A stretch of 34,139 nucleotides of DNA from a virus (lineage: Duplodnaviria > Caudoviricetes), in the IMG/VR virus record IMGVR_UViG_3300025251_000041, positions 1 to 34,139 of that record; one strand, written 5' to 3'. The position numbers were made by a program, and so were the translations under genes. How positions within the stretch are numbered: the stretch's first letter is position 1; every line of letters starts with the position of its first letter. The notes under the pieces are model-generated. The model was given only the letters and a program-made list of their open reading frames with translations. It made no database searches and was not told the origin of the DNA. This document shows positions 7,582 through 17,263 of the stretch, one piece after another.

Positions 7582-10500
7582 ATGCCTCCCAAAAGGCGAA
7601 GCGTAAAACTTCCCTTTCCGGTGAAGGGACTCAACGAGACGTATGGCTACGAGGACCAGCCTCGCGGCACATCCGTGGACGTTCAGAACGTCCGTTCTTT
7701 CCCGGCCAATTCGACTGATCCTTCCAGCGGGAACTCGAAGGCGAGCGGCAGGGCGCGTGGTGGTCAGCGAGCGGGACTGGCGAAGTACGTCTCGACTGCG
7801 CACACGGCGAGTACGTCGATCCAGACGATTCACCAGTTGGCCTACTCGGAGTTCACGCCACTCTCAGGCCGTGGTCATGCGGTAATCCGTGAGGATACGG
7901 GTGGGTCGTTTGCAGTTGTGGATAACCTTGGGACCATTGGCTCCTCTCTGGGCGACGTAACCGAGACGTACCAACTGGGCCAATGGGGTCGTGACGGGTT
8001 TCTGTATACCGCCTGCGTGTCTTCCGCAGACAAGTTGATCATGCGGAAGACCAACGCCCTTGGTGTTGATTCGTGGGACTGGACGGATGCAAACTCGCCT
8101 TCGGTTCAACTGAGTTCAGCGACACGCCAGGTGGCCGGTCTGGTTGTGTTTGGTGATTACGTCTACGTCTGGGCCAGAAACATCAGCGGGGTGACCGGCG
8201 AGGCGATCTACCGGGTGAAGACTTCCGATGGGAAGTTGCGAGAGACGACCAGCGGCAACGGGACTGAGTCAGATTACTGGCTGTTGTCCGAGGATCAAGG
8301 CACTACTGATCACAAGGACTTCTACCCCAGCAGTGGTGAGACCGCGAACATCACCAATCCGTTCGTGGCCGGTAACGGAATGCTGGCGATGCTGTGCTAC
8401 AACAACAGCGGGGCCACAGCGGTAGCCACGACTACCAGCAATGCGATCAACTGGAACGACTCGGCTGCTTCCATCGAGACGGCCATCGTGGCGATGGCTC
8501 ATCTGACCACCAGCAACGTCGGCGTTACGGGTGGGCCGTTGAACACGGATGACGTGGTGGTCACCTTCAAGGGGGACAAGGTGAACCAGGATGTTGTCGA
8601 GTTCCTGATCAATTCGGACAACCTGACGGGTGGAAGCCTGACGATCACCAAGACAACCGAGGGCAGTGGTGACACGGCAGAGGTTGTGACGCTCTCGTCC
8701 ACGGCAACGGGTGGTGACTTCAAGTTGGCCCACGACGGTCGCATCTGTCTTCAGGCGATCAATCTGGACAACGGGTTGCAGATGTACGCTCGCGAATTAC
8801 AGCCGTACGGCACCGGCTCAACCACGGCCCACACGAACAACGAGGAATTGTCTCTTGCCGTGGACGAGAACGGCAACTTCTACTGCCTGTCCCGGTACAG
8901 CACGGGATCGTTCACCTACGTCGTGACGAAGATGAACAGCGTGGGCACGCAGCAATGGCAGCAGACCAATGCGGGAACCAGCCGTGCGTTGGCGTATGAC
9001 TACGTCGGCACACGACTGGGCGTGGTGGGTGGAAATGTTTACGGAGGAGGTAAATCATTTGCCACGGTGAGCATTTCGGACGGAACAAAGATCAACGACT
9101 CGGATGCTCACAGTATCACCAACTGGAACAACGTGTACCAGGACGAGAAGGGTGGCTTCCGCCTGTTCCGAAACAACGCCTCGAACAACGTGGCGAGGGT
9201 GACTGAAGCGGAGCCGGTGGTTGACGACTGGATTATCAGCGACGGCGACAATGTTCAGACGGGTGCGTCGTGTGCCTCGATTTACCAATTCAATCCACAG
9301 AACAGCCTGTCAGTCCGTCAGACCAAGCAGTTGGGTGTTGCCGGTGGCGTGGTGAAGGAGTTCGATGCTGATGGTTGGTACGCACTTGCGGACGGCGGTG
9401 GTTCTACTGGAACTCCTGCCCTTGATCCGGGCCGTGCTGTCATTTTCGCTGCCCAGCTAGGCTCAAAGTTGTATTTCACGGATGGACTGAACAACAAGTA
9501 TTACGATGCGGCGACGAACAAGGTGGCGGCGTGGAGTCCGACAGCGGGGACTCTTCCGGCTGACAGCAATGGCCGCAAGCCCACCCTGATCGAGAATTGG
9601 CGCAGCCGGATCGTGATGGCGGGTGTGGAGGGAGACCCGCAGGAATACTACATGTCGAAGCAGGGTGACGCCGACGACTGGAACTACACGCCCAACGTCC
9701 TCACCGAGACTCAGGCGGTGTCTGGTGTGAACGCTCCTGCCGGAAAGAGTCCCGACGTGATCCGGTGCATGATCCCGGTGAACGACGACATCCTGGTGTG
9801 GGGTTGCGACCACAGCATCTGGCAGATGACTGGTGACCCGATGCTGGGTGGCCGGATCGACAACGTGGTGGATGGTATCGGAATGCCGTGGGGCCGTCCG
9901 TGGTGTCGTGATTCCGGCGGGGTAATTTACTTCTTCGGCACGCGGGGCGGCGTGTACCGCTTTGCTCTTGGCCAGGGCATGACGAAGATCACGGTGGGTT
10001 CCATCGAGGAGCGTCTGAGTACGATTGACTTGGACAAGAACATTATTCGTCTGGTGTGGAACGAGCGCGAGCAGGGTCTGCATGTCTTCATCACGCCCTT
10101 GAACCCGTTCGACGCGGCGACCCACTACTTCTACGACATCCGTGCCGAGTCGTGGTGGCTGGACAAGTTTGAAGCAACGACCAACAGCGAGTACGTCCAC
10201 AATCCCAAGGAAGTGCATGTGCTGGACGGACTGGACCCGAATGACCGGGTGGTGTTGCTTGGCGGTTGGGACGGATTCCTGCGGAAGTGGGACTTGACGG
10301 CCTCTGATGACGACGGCACGGCGATTGACAGCTACGCCTACTTCGGCCCTCTGGTGTCGGAGAACCTTGGCTTGGTGAAGATGAATGAGCTACGGGTTCA
10401 GGTGGGGAAGAACTCCAGCAACGTGGCTGCGAGCGTGTTCATCGGCGACAATGCCGAGGATGCGTATGCCCAGACCACGGCACACTACACGGCAACCTTT

Positions 10501-10653
10501 GTTCCTGGCCGCAACGTGTCGGAGCGTCGGAAGGCTATTTCCCATGCGATCTACCTGAAATTGGGCAACAGCACGGTGGCGCAGCGTTGGGTGATGGAGC
10601 GGGCTGAGGCTGATCTTGAACTCACGGCCCGCAAGTCTGCGAGGATCTTCTGA
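7582..10653 (+). CDS. Tail nozzle / tail tubular protein B-like (beta-propeller), 1023 aa
   Basis: N-terminal LPFPVKGLN..DQP..S.DVQNV..RAG pattern, repeated propeller-like blades, ATG 7582 after GGGAG. Confidence 0.7.
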   Translation: MPPKRRSVKLPFPVKGLNETYGYEDQPRGTSVDVQNVRSFPANSTDPSSGNSKASGRARGGQRAGLAKYVSTAHTASTSIQTIHQLAYSEFTPLSGRGHAVIREDTGGSFAVVDNLGTIGSSLGDVTETYQLGQWGRDGFLYTACVSSADKLIMRKTNALGVDSWDWTDANSPSVQLSSATRQVAGLVVFGDYVYVWARNISGVTGEAIYRVKTSDGKLRETTSGNGTESDYWLLSEDQGTTDHKDFYPSSGETANITNPFVAGNGMLAMLCYNNSGATAVATTTSNAINWNDSAASIETAIVAMAHLTTSNVGVTGGPLNTDDVVVTFKGDKVNQDVVEFLINSDNLTGGSLTITKTTEGSGDTAEVVTLSSTATGGDFKLAHDGRICLQAINLDNGLQMYARELQPYGTGSTTAHTNNEELSLAVDENGNFYCLSRYSTGSFTYVVTKMNSVGTQQWQQTNAGTSRALAYDYVGTRLGVVGGNVYGGGKSFATVSISDGTKINDSDAHSITNWNNVYQDEKGGFRLFRNNASNNVARVTEAEPVVDDWIISDGDNVQTGASCASIYQFNPQNSLSVRQTKQLGVAGGVVKEFDADGWYALADGGGSTGTPALDPGRAVIFAAQLGSKLYFTDGLNNKYYDAATNKVAAWSPTAGTLPADSNGRKPTLIENWRSRIVMAGVEGDPQEYYMSKQGDADDWNYTPNVLTETQAVSGVNAPAGKSPDVIRCMIPVNDDILVWGCDHSIWQMTGDPMLGGRIDNVVDGIGMPWGRPWCRDSGGVIYFFGTRGGVYRFALGQGMTKITVGSIEERLSTIDLDKNIIRLVWNEREQGLHVFITPLNPFDAATHYFYDIRAESWWLDKFEATTNSEYVHNPKEVHVLDGLDPNDRVVLLGGWDGFLRKWDLTASDDDGTAIDSYAYFGPLVSENLGLVKMNELRVQVGKNSSNVAASVFIGDNAEDAYAQTTAHYTATFVPGRNVSERRKAISHAIYLKLGNSTVAQRWVMERAEADLELTARKSARIF

Positions 10654-13600
10654 TGGCAGTCACCAACAGGGGTTTTGAGCAGCCGAGGGTTCCCAACGGG
10701 TCATCCGTGTCGAGGATGCGTCGTGGCATGGCGAACCTTGCCGGAGACCATTCGGTCCTGAAGGAACTCGGAATCGGGACCAACGAGCCTGACACGGCAC
10801 TTCATGTCCTCCGAGAAGTGGCCGGTGCAGGGATCACCCTTGAGCGGATACAGGAGACGGTGAACGCCGGTTCGGTGATCGGCAAGAAGTCGAGGGGGAC
10901 GTACACCGCCAGGGCGGCGGTTGTGGACGACGACGTGTTGTTGAACATCGACGGTCGGGGTTTCGTGGGCACAACGAACGAGTACCTGACGGGAGCGAGG
11001 ATTCAATTCGAGGCAGATGGCACGCCTTCGGATGCTGGTGGCGGTGCAATGCCAGCGAGGATTCTGTTCAGGACGGCGAAGACATCCGGCAGTCCCAGTG
11101 AGCGGATGCGGATAGACGCTGACGGGAACGTGGGAATCGGGACTACGGCTCCGGGCGCGTTGCTGGAGGTAGCGGGCCAGGTGAAGATCACGGGCGGTTC
11201 TCCTGCCCTGAACAAGGTTCTGACCTCCGATGCGGCGGGGTTGGCGACATGGGAGACTGCTGCTGCCGGGGGCAGTCAGAATCTGTTCGAGACGATTGCC
11301 GTCTCAGGCCAGAGCAACGTGGTTGCAGACTCTACCACGGACACGCTGACTCTCGTGGCCGGGTCCAATGTGACAATCACCACTGACGCGGCGGCAGACT
11401 CGGTTACGATAGCCTCGACCGACACCAACACCCAGTTATCGACCGAGCAAGTCCAAGACATTGTTGGCGCAATGTTCTCGTCAAACACCGAGACTCGTTG
11501 CACCGTGACGTATCAGGATGGCGACGGCACGATTGATGTCGTAGTCGATGATTTGGATACGAATCTGACGACTGAGGCTGTTCAGGATATCGTTGGGGCG
11601 ATGTTCTCCGGCAACACGGAGACTAGAGTCTCGGTCACCTACGACGACGCAGACGGGACTATCGACGTGGTGGTCGACGATATGACCGCTGACACCAACA
11701 CGATGGGGTCAGGCTTTGTTCTCGAGGACGGTGATGGAACGGAAGTCACCATTACCGAGAACAAGGAGGTCAAGTTTGTAGAAGGCACGGGGATCGACAT
11801 CAATTGGACTGATACGTCTACTGGATCTGATGCCGATCCTTACGACCTCACATTCACCTGCAACCTTGAAGGAACAGAACTTTCCTCAACGGGTGAAGCC
11901 GGAGGGAGCAAGTTTCTCAGGGAGGACGGTGACGGGACTTGCAGTTGGCAGGCGGTGAGTGGTGAGACGAACGAGTTTTCGTTCAAGACCATATCAGTCT
12001 CGGGACAAGACAATATCGTTGCTGACACGACGACGGACACTCTGACCTTGGCGGAAGGGTTGAATGTCACGATCACCACAACGGAGGCCAGTGACACGAT
12101 CACGATAGCCTCGACCAACACCACCTACACAGCGGGAGACGGCCTTGACCTCTCAGGAACTACTTTCAGCACTGACCTCAAGGCAAATGGGGGAGTGGTT
12201 ATTGAAGGGGTCAACAACGAACTGGCAGTTGATCTCGGCGCATTGTCGATTACGGGCACTCTGGCTGTCGGTGATGGCGGAACAGGACAAACCACCTACA
12301 CCAACGGCCAGTTGCTCATTGGCAACACCATCGGAAACACCCTCGCCAAGGCAACCCTGACGGCTGGAAGCAATGTCAGCATCACAAATGGCAGCGGAAC
12401 CATCACGATAGCCTCGACCGACACCAACACGCAGTTATCGACCGAGCAGGTTCAAGACATTGTCGGTGCGATGTTCTCGTCGAACACTGAGACCCGCATC
12501 GCAGCGACCTACCAGGATGGCGACGGCACGATTGACTTGGTGGTCGATGACATGACCGCTGACACAAACACGATGGGTGCGGGGTTCGTCCTTGAGGATG
12601 GCGACGGCACTGAGGTCACGATCACCGAGAACAAGGAGGTCAAGTTTATCGAGGGCGGTGGAATCGACATCAACTGGACTGATGTCTCTACTGGATCTGA
12701 TGCTGACCCCTACGACCTCACCTTCACGGTTTCTGACACGACCGTAGCGGGTGACATCGGTTCGACAGGTATCACTCCGGGTGACACGCTCACCATCGCG
12801 GGCGGGACGAATGTCGAAACGGATATGTCGGGGGGCACACTGACTATCACGTCAACCGATACCAACACTCAGTTGTCTACTGAGGCGGTCCAAGACATTG
12901 TCGGTGCAATGTTCTCAAGCAACACTGAGACCAGAATCACAGCGACTTACGAGGATGGCGACGGGACCATCGATCTGGTTGTCGATGACATGACGGCGAA
13001 CACCCAGTTGTCGACCGAACAAGTTCAGGACATTGTCGGTGCGATGTTCTCATCGAACACCGAGACACGCTGCACCGTGACGTATCAGGACGCAGACGGG
13101 ACCATCGATGTGGTGGTCGATGATCTGGATACGAACCTGACAGCCGAGGCTGTTCAGGACATCGTGGGGGCGATGTTCTCGTCGAACACAGAGACCAGAA
13201 TCTCCGCGACCTACGAAGACGGCGACGGAACGATTGACTTGGTTGTCGACGATATGACCGCCAACACCCAGTTGTCGACCGAGCAAGTTCAGGACATTGT
13301 CGGTGCAATGTTCTCGTCCAATACCGAGACTAGGATTTCTGCCACTTATCAGGATGGCGATGGGACGATTGATCTCGTGGTCGACGACATGACGGCTGAC
13401 ACCCAGCCTCTGACGACTGAGGCTGTTCAGGATATCGTTGGGGCAATGTTCTCCTCAAACACCGAGACCAGAATCTCCGCGACCTACGAAGACGGCGACG
13501 GAACGATTGATCTGGTTGTGGATGATATGTCGGGGGGCGGCCTGAACGAAGAGCAGGTGCAGGATGTTGTTGGCGCGATGTTCTCCAGCAACACGGAGAC

Positions 13601-15803
13601 TAGAGTCTCGGTCACCTACGACGACGCCGACGGGACCATCGATGTGGTGGTCGACGATATGACCGCTGATACCCAGCTAACGACAGAGGCGGTTCAAGAT
13701 ATTGTTGGCGCGATGTTTTCATCGAATACCGAGACACGAATCTCAGCCACATACGAAGACGGTGATGGCACAATCGACCTAGTGGTCGATGACATGACCG
13801 CTGACACCCAGTTGACTCAAGAGCAAGTCGAGGACTTTGCAGGGGCGTTGGTCGCGACCGGAGGGACCAAGACAGGGATTACGGTGACGTACCAGGATGC
13901 TACGAACGACATGGACTTCGTGGTTTCCGACCTCACGGTGGCAGGAGACACCGGCTCGACAGGGATGACCCCTGGCGACACGCTGACAATCGCCGGGGGG
14001 GCCAATGTCTCCACGTCGATGTTCGGTGACACGTTGACCATTGAGTCAACCTACACGGCGGGCAACGGCTTAGCCCTTTCTGGAACCACGTTTAGTGTCG
14101 ATGACCCGATCAATCTCAGTCAGTTGACCGAGGCAACCGACGCCACCGATGACAAGATTCTGTTGTGGGACGAGTCTGCGTCACTGTGGAAGTACATGAC
14201 ACTGGATGACCTTCAGGACAGTATTGACACAACTGGTGGCGGGTCATCTGAGTGGACCGACCTTGGCGCGGTTATTCACCCGACTGAGACGGGTGATGAT
14301 GTCGTTGTTGGAGGCAGCACGGTAGCCGACAGTGCCCGCCTTACCTCCACCAAAGGCGGTGTAGCACTCTCGATCCAGAACACCACGGATGCCGCGAGCA
14401 ACCAGGTTGCCATCATCCACGGCGGGAACCGGGCCACGCCTGCTGATGGCGACGAGGGGTATATCAGTTTCGATCTGGACGACAGCAACGGGGCGCAGGC
14501 CGAGTTTGCACGACTTACGTTCGAGTCGAATGATGTCACGAGTACCACCAAGGATGGTGAGTTTCGTTTGTCGGTGATGGTAAACAACACGCTCACAGAT
14601 CGTCTCACCGTAAACGAAACTGGAGTCAACGCGACCACCGCTTTGCAGCTTGGCGGAACCGATGTGGTGCTGGAGACTCGCGCGGTCAACACCACTGGAT
14701 CTCTGACCGGGGGCGGTGATCTGACGGCAGACCGCACGCTGGATGTAGCCGACGGTGGGATCGGCACGGCGGAGCTAGCCGCTGATGCTGTGACATCAGC
14801 AAAGATTGCTGCTGATGCTGTTGGCTCAAGTGAGATTGCTGCTGATGCTGTTGGCTCAAGTGAGATTGCGGCCAATGCGGTTGGCGACAGTGAGATCGCT
14901 TCACATACCTCGACCAAGGTCACAATCACGAGCAAGGGACAGTTGAACTCGTCAATCGCTTACGAGGACGAGACGAACACCTTCACGTTGGGGCAGGTGA
15001 TTGACGGGACTGTTGACGAGAACCAACTGCGAATCCAGTCGCACAGCACCCAGACCAGCAATGTTCTGGTGATTGAGGACTCCGGCGGGGCAGACCAGCT
15101 TGTTGTGAACAATGCTGGCCGGATCACGATGGAGGGCGGGTTCATCGCCAGGGGGACCAGTTTCACCCTCGGGGACACAGCAAAGACCGCGACGTTTCAA
15201 CTTGCCAGCGGCGGAAACAACTTCAACTTCCGAAACACCAATGCCAACAAGACCCTGATCTTTGATTATCCTGCCAGCGGTGGTGATCTTGAGTTCAGGA
15301 CACACAACGGTTCGTCTTCAACCATCCGCCTCAGCATGGATTCGGATGGCAAGTTCATCCACAACCCGAACGGCACGATCAGTGCGGACTTTCAAGTCCA
15401 AGGGGACACCGACTCGGAGCTATTGTTTGTTGACGCTGGTGCGGATCGGATAGGGGTCTCCACCAATTCCCCGCGGGCCACCTTGGATGTTCGTGGCGGC
15501 CTTTCGTATGTGGTGCTGGGCAAGACTGCGGACTACACTCTCGTTGCTTCGGATCATGTGATTTATGCTGACGCCGCGTCAGGCAGCGTCACGATCACCC
15601 TCCCTGCGTGGATCAAGGGGCGTGTGTTTGAGATCTACCGGAAGGACTCCGACATGATGAACATGGTCACGGTCTCCAGGGCGGGGACCGACACCTTCCA
15701 TGATGGGTCCACAACCAAGACGATTGGGACTCAGTACAACGGATTGAGGATCATAGGGATTGAGACGGGCAAGTGGATGGCAACGGTACTGACTGCATCG
15801 TAG
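10653..15803 (+). CDS. Long modular tail fibre / receptor-binding protein (1716 aa)
   Basis: ERMRIDADGNVGIGTTAP, GDGGTG, IAADAV and YTAGxGL fibre motifs; many internal repeats; TGATG coupling to the nozzle gene. Confidence 0.85.
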   Translation: MAVTNRGFEQPRVPNGSSVSRMRRGMANLAGDHSVLKELGIGTNEPDTALHVLREVAGAGITLERIQETVNAGSVIGKKSRGTYTARAAVVDDDVLLNIDGRGFVGTTNEYLTGARIQFEADGTPSDAGGGAMPARILFRTAKTSGSPSERMRIDADGNVGIGTTAPGALLEVAGQVKITGGSPALNKVLTSDAAGLATWETAAAGGSQNLFETIAVSGQSNVVADSTTDTLTLVAGSNVTITTDAAADSVTIASTDTNTQLSTEQVQDIVGAMFSSNTETRCTVTYQDGDGTIDVVVDDLDTNLTTEAVQDIVGAMFSGNTETRVSVTYDDADGTIDVVVDDMTADTNTMGSGFVLEDGDGTEVTITENKEVKFVEGTGIDINWTDTSTGSDADPYDLTFTCNLEGTELSSTGEAGGSKFLREDGDGTCSWQAVSGETNEFSFKTISVSGQDNIVADTTTDTLTLAEGLNVTITTTEASDTITIASTNTTYTAGDGLDLSGTTFSTDLKANGGVVIEGVNNELAVDLGALSITGTLAVGDGGTGQTTYTNGQLLIGNTIGNTLAKATLTAGSNVSITNGSGTITIASTDTNTQLSTEQVQDIVGAMFSSNTETRIAATYQDGDGTIDLVVDDMTADTNTMGAGFVLEDGDGTEVTITENKEVKFIEGGGIDINWTDVSTGSDADPYDLTFTVSDTTVAGDIGSTGITPGDTLTIAGGTNVETDMSGGTLTITSTDTNTQLSTEAVQDIVGAMFSSNTETRITATYEDGDGTIDLVVDDMTANTQLSTEQVQDIVGAMFSSNTETRCTVTYQDADGTIDVVVDDLDTNLTAEAVQDIVGAMFSSNTETRISATYEDGDGTIDLVVDDMTANTQLSTEQVQDIVGAMFSSNTETRISATYQDGDGTIDLVVDDMTADTQPLTTEAVQDIVGAMFSSNTETRISATYEDGDGTIDLVVDDMSGGGLNEEQVQDVVGAMFSSNTETRVSVTYDDADGTIDVVVDDMTADTQLTTEAVQDIVGAMFSSNTETRISATYEDGDGTIDLVVDDMTADTQLTQEQVEDFAGALVATGGTKTGITVTYQDATNDMDFVVSDLTVAGDTGSTGMTPGDTLTIAGGANVSTSMFGDTLTIESTYTAGNGLALSGTTFSVDDPINLSQLTEATDATDDKILLWDESASLWKYMTLDDLQDSIDTTGGGSSEWTDLGAVIHPTETGDDVVVGGSTVADSARLTSTKGGVALSIQNTTDAASNQVAIIHGGNRATPADGDEGYISFDLDDSNGAQAEFARLTFESNDVTSTTKDGEFRLSVMVNNTLTDRLTVNETGVNATTALQLGGTDVVLETRAVNTTGSLTGGGDLTADRTLDVADGGIGTAELAADAVTSAKIAADAVGSSEIAADAVGSSEIAANAVGDSEIASHTSTKVTITSKGQLNSSIAYEDETNTFTLGQVIDGTVDENQLRIQSHSTQTSNVLVIEDSGGADQLVVNNAGRITMEGGFIARGTSFTLGDTAKTATFQLASGGNNFNFRNTNANKTLIFDYPASGGDLEFRTHNGSSSTIRLSMDSDGKFIHNPNGTISADFQVQGDTDSELLFVDAGADRIGVSTNSPRATLDVRGGLSYVVLGKTADYTLVASDHVIYADAASGSVTITLPAWIKGRVFEIYRKDSDMMNMVTVSRAGTDTFHDGSTTKTIGTQYNGLRIIGIETGKWMATVLTAS
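11430..13932 (+). repeat. About 44-aa repeat (QDIVGAMFSSNTETR..TYxDxDGTID.VVDD): 10 conserved copies plus 1 degenerate
   Basis: Counted in the translation: 2 copies, then 1 copy, then a tandem run of 7 plus 1 degenerate at about 12867-13932. Confidence 0.95.
14803..14869 (+). repeat. Perfect 30-bp tandem repeat (about 2.2 copies) encoding IAADAVGSSE
   Basis: AGATTGCTGCTGATGCTGTTGGCTCAAGTG twice plus AGATTGC; degenerate copies on both sides. Confidence 0.95.
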
Positions 15804-15810
15804 GTGGAAG

Positions 15811-16125
15811 ATGTCTGAGATCACACTCACAGCTTGGGGCAAGGTGGCAACGATCACCTATCCAGACGCGATGGACACGTTGGGTCCACTGGCGTTTGGG
15901 GATACGTTTGGGTACGAGTCGAGCATTCTTGACAATGACGGTAACTCGATCCCGAACCCCCAGACCGTCGAGGAATTCACGATAGGGAAGATATTTGATT
16001 ACGTCGGTGAGATCATGCGAGCGTACAGCCTGAAGGATGCACAGGCAGCGGCGATGGTCGCGGCCACTACAGCGGCAGATTCGGCAATGGATTCAATCAC
16101 GGTCGAGATAGAAGACTCACCGTAA
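15811..16125 (+). CDS. Small acidic protein after the tail fibre (possible fibre chaperone)
   Basis: 104 aa, tightly packed; function inferred from position only. Confidence 0.6.
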   Translation: MSEITLTAWGKVATITYPDAMDTLGPLAFGDTFGYESSILDNDGNSIPNPQTVEEFTIGKIFDYVGEIMRAYSLKDAQAAAMVAATTAADSAMDSITVEIEDSP

Positions 16126-16135
16126 GGAGATAGGC

Positions 16136-17245
16136 ATGACCCACAATCCATTTCACGTCGATATTCCCATCATTGGTGATATTGGGGGAGCAATAGGAGA
16201 TATGTTCGGGATGGGCGGTGACACTCCGGCCCAACCCGGTTCATCCTCCCCGTTCATGTCCTTCCTGAACCCTAATTACGGTCAGACCAACCTGTCGTTG
16301 TTACCGAGCATGAACACGGCCCTTGGTGGTGGAGAGTATTCCACCGGCCTGCAACTTCAGCAGCCGAATGTGCCGGGTGGATACCACGAACCGCTTGGTG
16401 CCGTGGGTCCGATACCGGGAATTGAGCGGACCACCAGTGTCGGATTCCTTCCGAGCGCGGGTGGTGGACTGTCACCGTACACCTACGGCACGACAGGCGT
16501 GGAGGCGGCGTATCCAGATTGGAACCCTCAGACATCCATGATGGATCGGATCATGGGTATCGGTTCCGAACACTTGCGCCTGATCAACAAGTGGGCCGTT
16601 CCCGAAGAAACGGAAGGCGCGTTCAGGACTGGCCGGGAAGATGATGGCTGGACGGACATGACTGATGAGGATGTCCTGGCCGAGATCAACAAGTTGTCCG
16701 AGGAGGATCGCAAGCAGTACCTCCCGCAGTGGACAACCTACGCGATGCTGGAGGACGTGCAGAACAAATCGGACTATGCCAACTTCAGGAACGAGCAGAT
16801 TGCTGCCTCAAGTATGGATCAGGCGCGGACGACTGCCCAGACAATGGGCCTGCTCACCGGGATGATGGGGATGTCGGAGTATGCTGATATCATCCAAAGG
16901 TCTCAGCAGATGGGTGAGCAGGTGTGGGGCAACTTCCGAGACCGTGGCTACGACACGAGTACGGCATACTCCTCTGCCATGCAGGCTACGGAGCAGGCCA
17001 GGAGCCGGATGTTCAGTGACTTCAATGACACGCAATTGGCCCGCAGGCTGGGATCGTTGCAGATGAGTAACAACATCATGCAGCAGGCGTTCATGGGCGT
17101 GCAGCGTACGCCACCAGATCCAATGGCTATTGCCCAGATCATCCACGGTCAGGTCGCTGGCGGATCGGGACAACAGCAGCCGGTGGCTGGCAACCCGTTT
17201 ATCTCGCAACTTTTTGGCGTGGCGACGGGAATGGTAGCCGGATAA
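16136..17245 (+). CDS. Putative internal virion / DNA ejection protein
   Basis: SD TAAGGAG; Met/Gln/Gly-rich helical C-terminal half with a hydrophobic end; first of three large genes after the tail genes. Confidence 0.6.
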   Translation: MTHNPFHVDIPIIGDIGGAIGDMFGMGGDTPAQPGSSSPFMSFLNPNYGQTNLSLLPSMNTALGGGEYSTGLQLQQPNVPGGYHEPLGAVGPIPGIERTTSVGFLPSAGGGLSPYTYGTTGVEAAYPDWNPQTSMMDRIMGIGSEHLRLINKWAVPEETEGAFRTGREDDGWTDMTDEDVLAEINKLSEEDRKQYLPQWTTYAMLEDVQNKSDYANFRNEQIAASSMDQARTTAQTMGLLTGMMGMSEYADIIQRSQQMGEQVWGNFRDRGYDTSTAYSSAMQATEQARSRMFSDFNDTQLARRLGSLQMSNNIMQQAFMGVQRTPPDPMAIAQIIHGQVAGGSGQQQPVAGNPFISQLFGVATGMVAG

Positions 17246-17263
17246 GACGTAGAGGTAGATTGA

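Noticed and set aside
11500-13800. DGDGTID as canonical EF-hand loops
   Set aside because: Loop position 1 is Tyr rather than Asp and the flanks look like beta-strands; Ca2+ binding remains possible but not as an EF-hand
11430-13932. Regularly spaced repeats as a CRISPR array or DGR template/variable pair
   Set aside because: Repeats are in frame, vary mostly at synonymous sites and have no unique spacers; no adenine-specific mismatch pattern was noticed and there is no reverse transcriptase or cas gene
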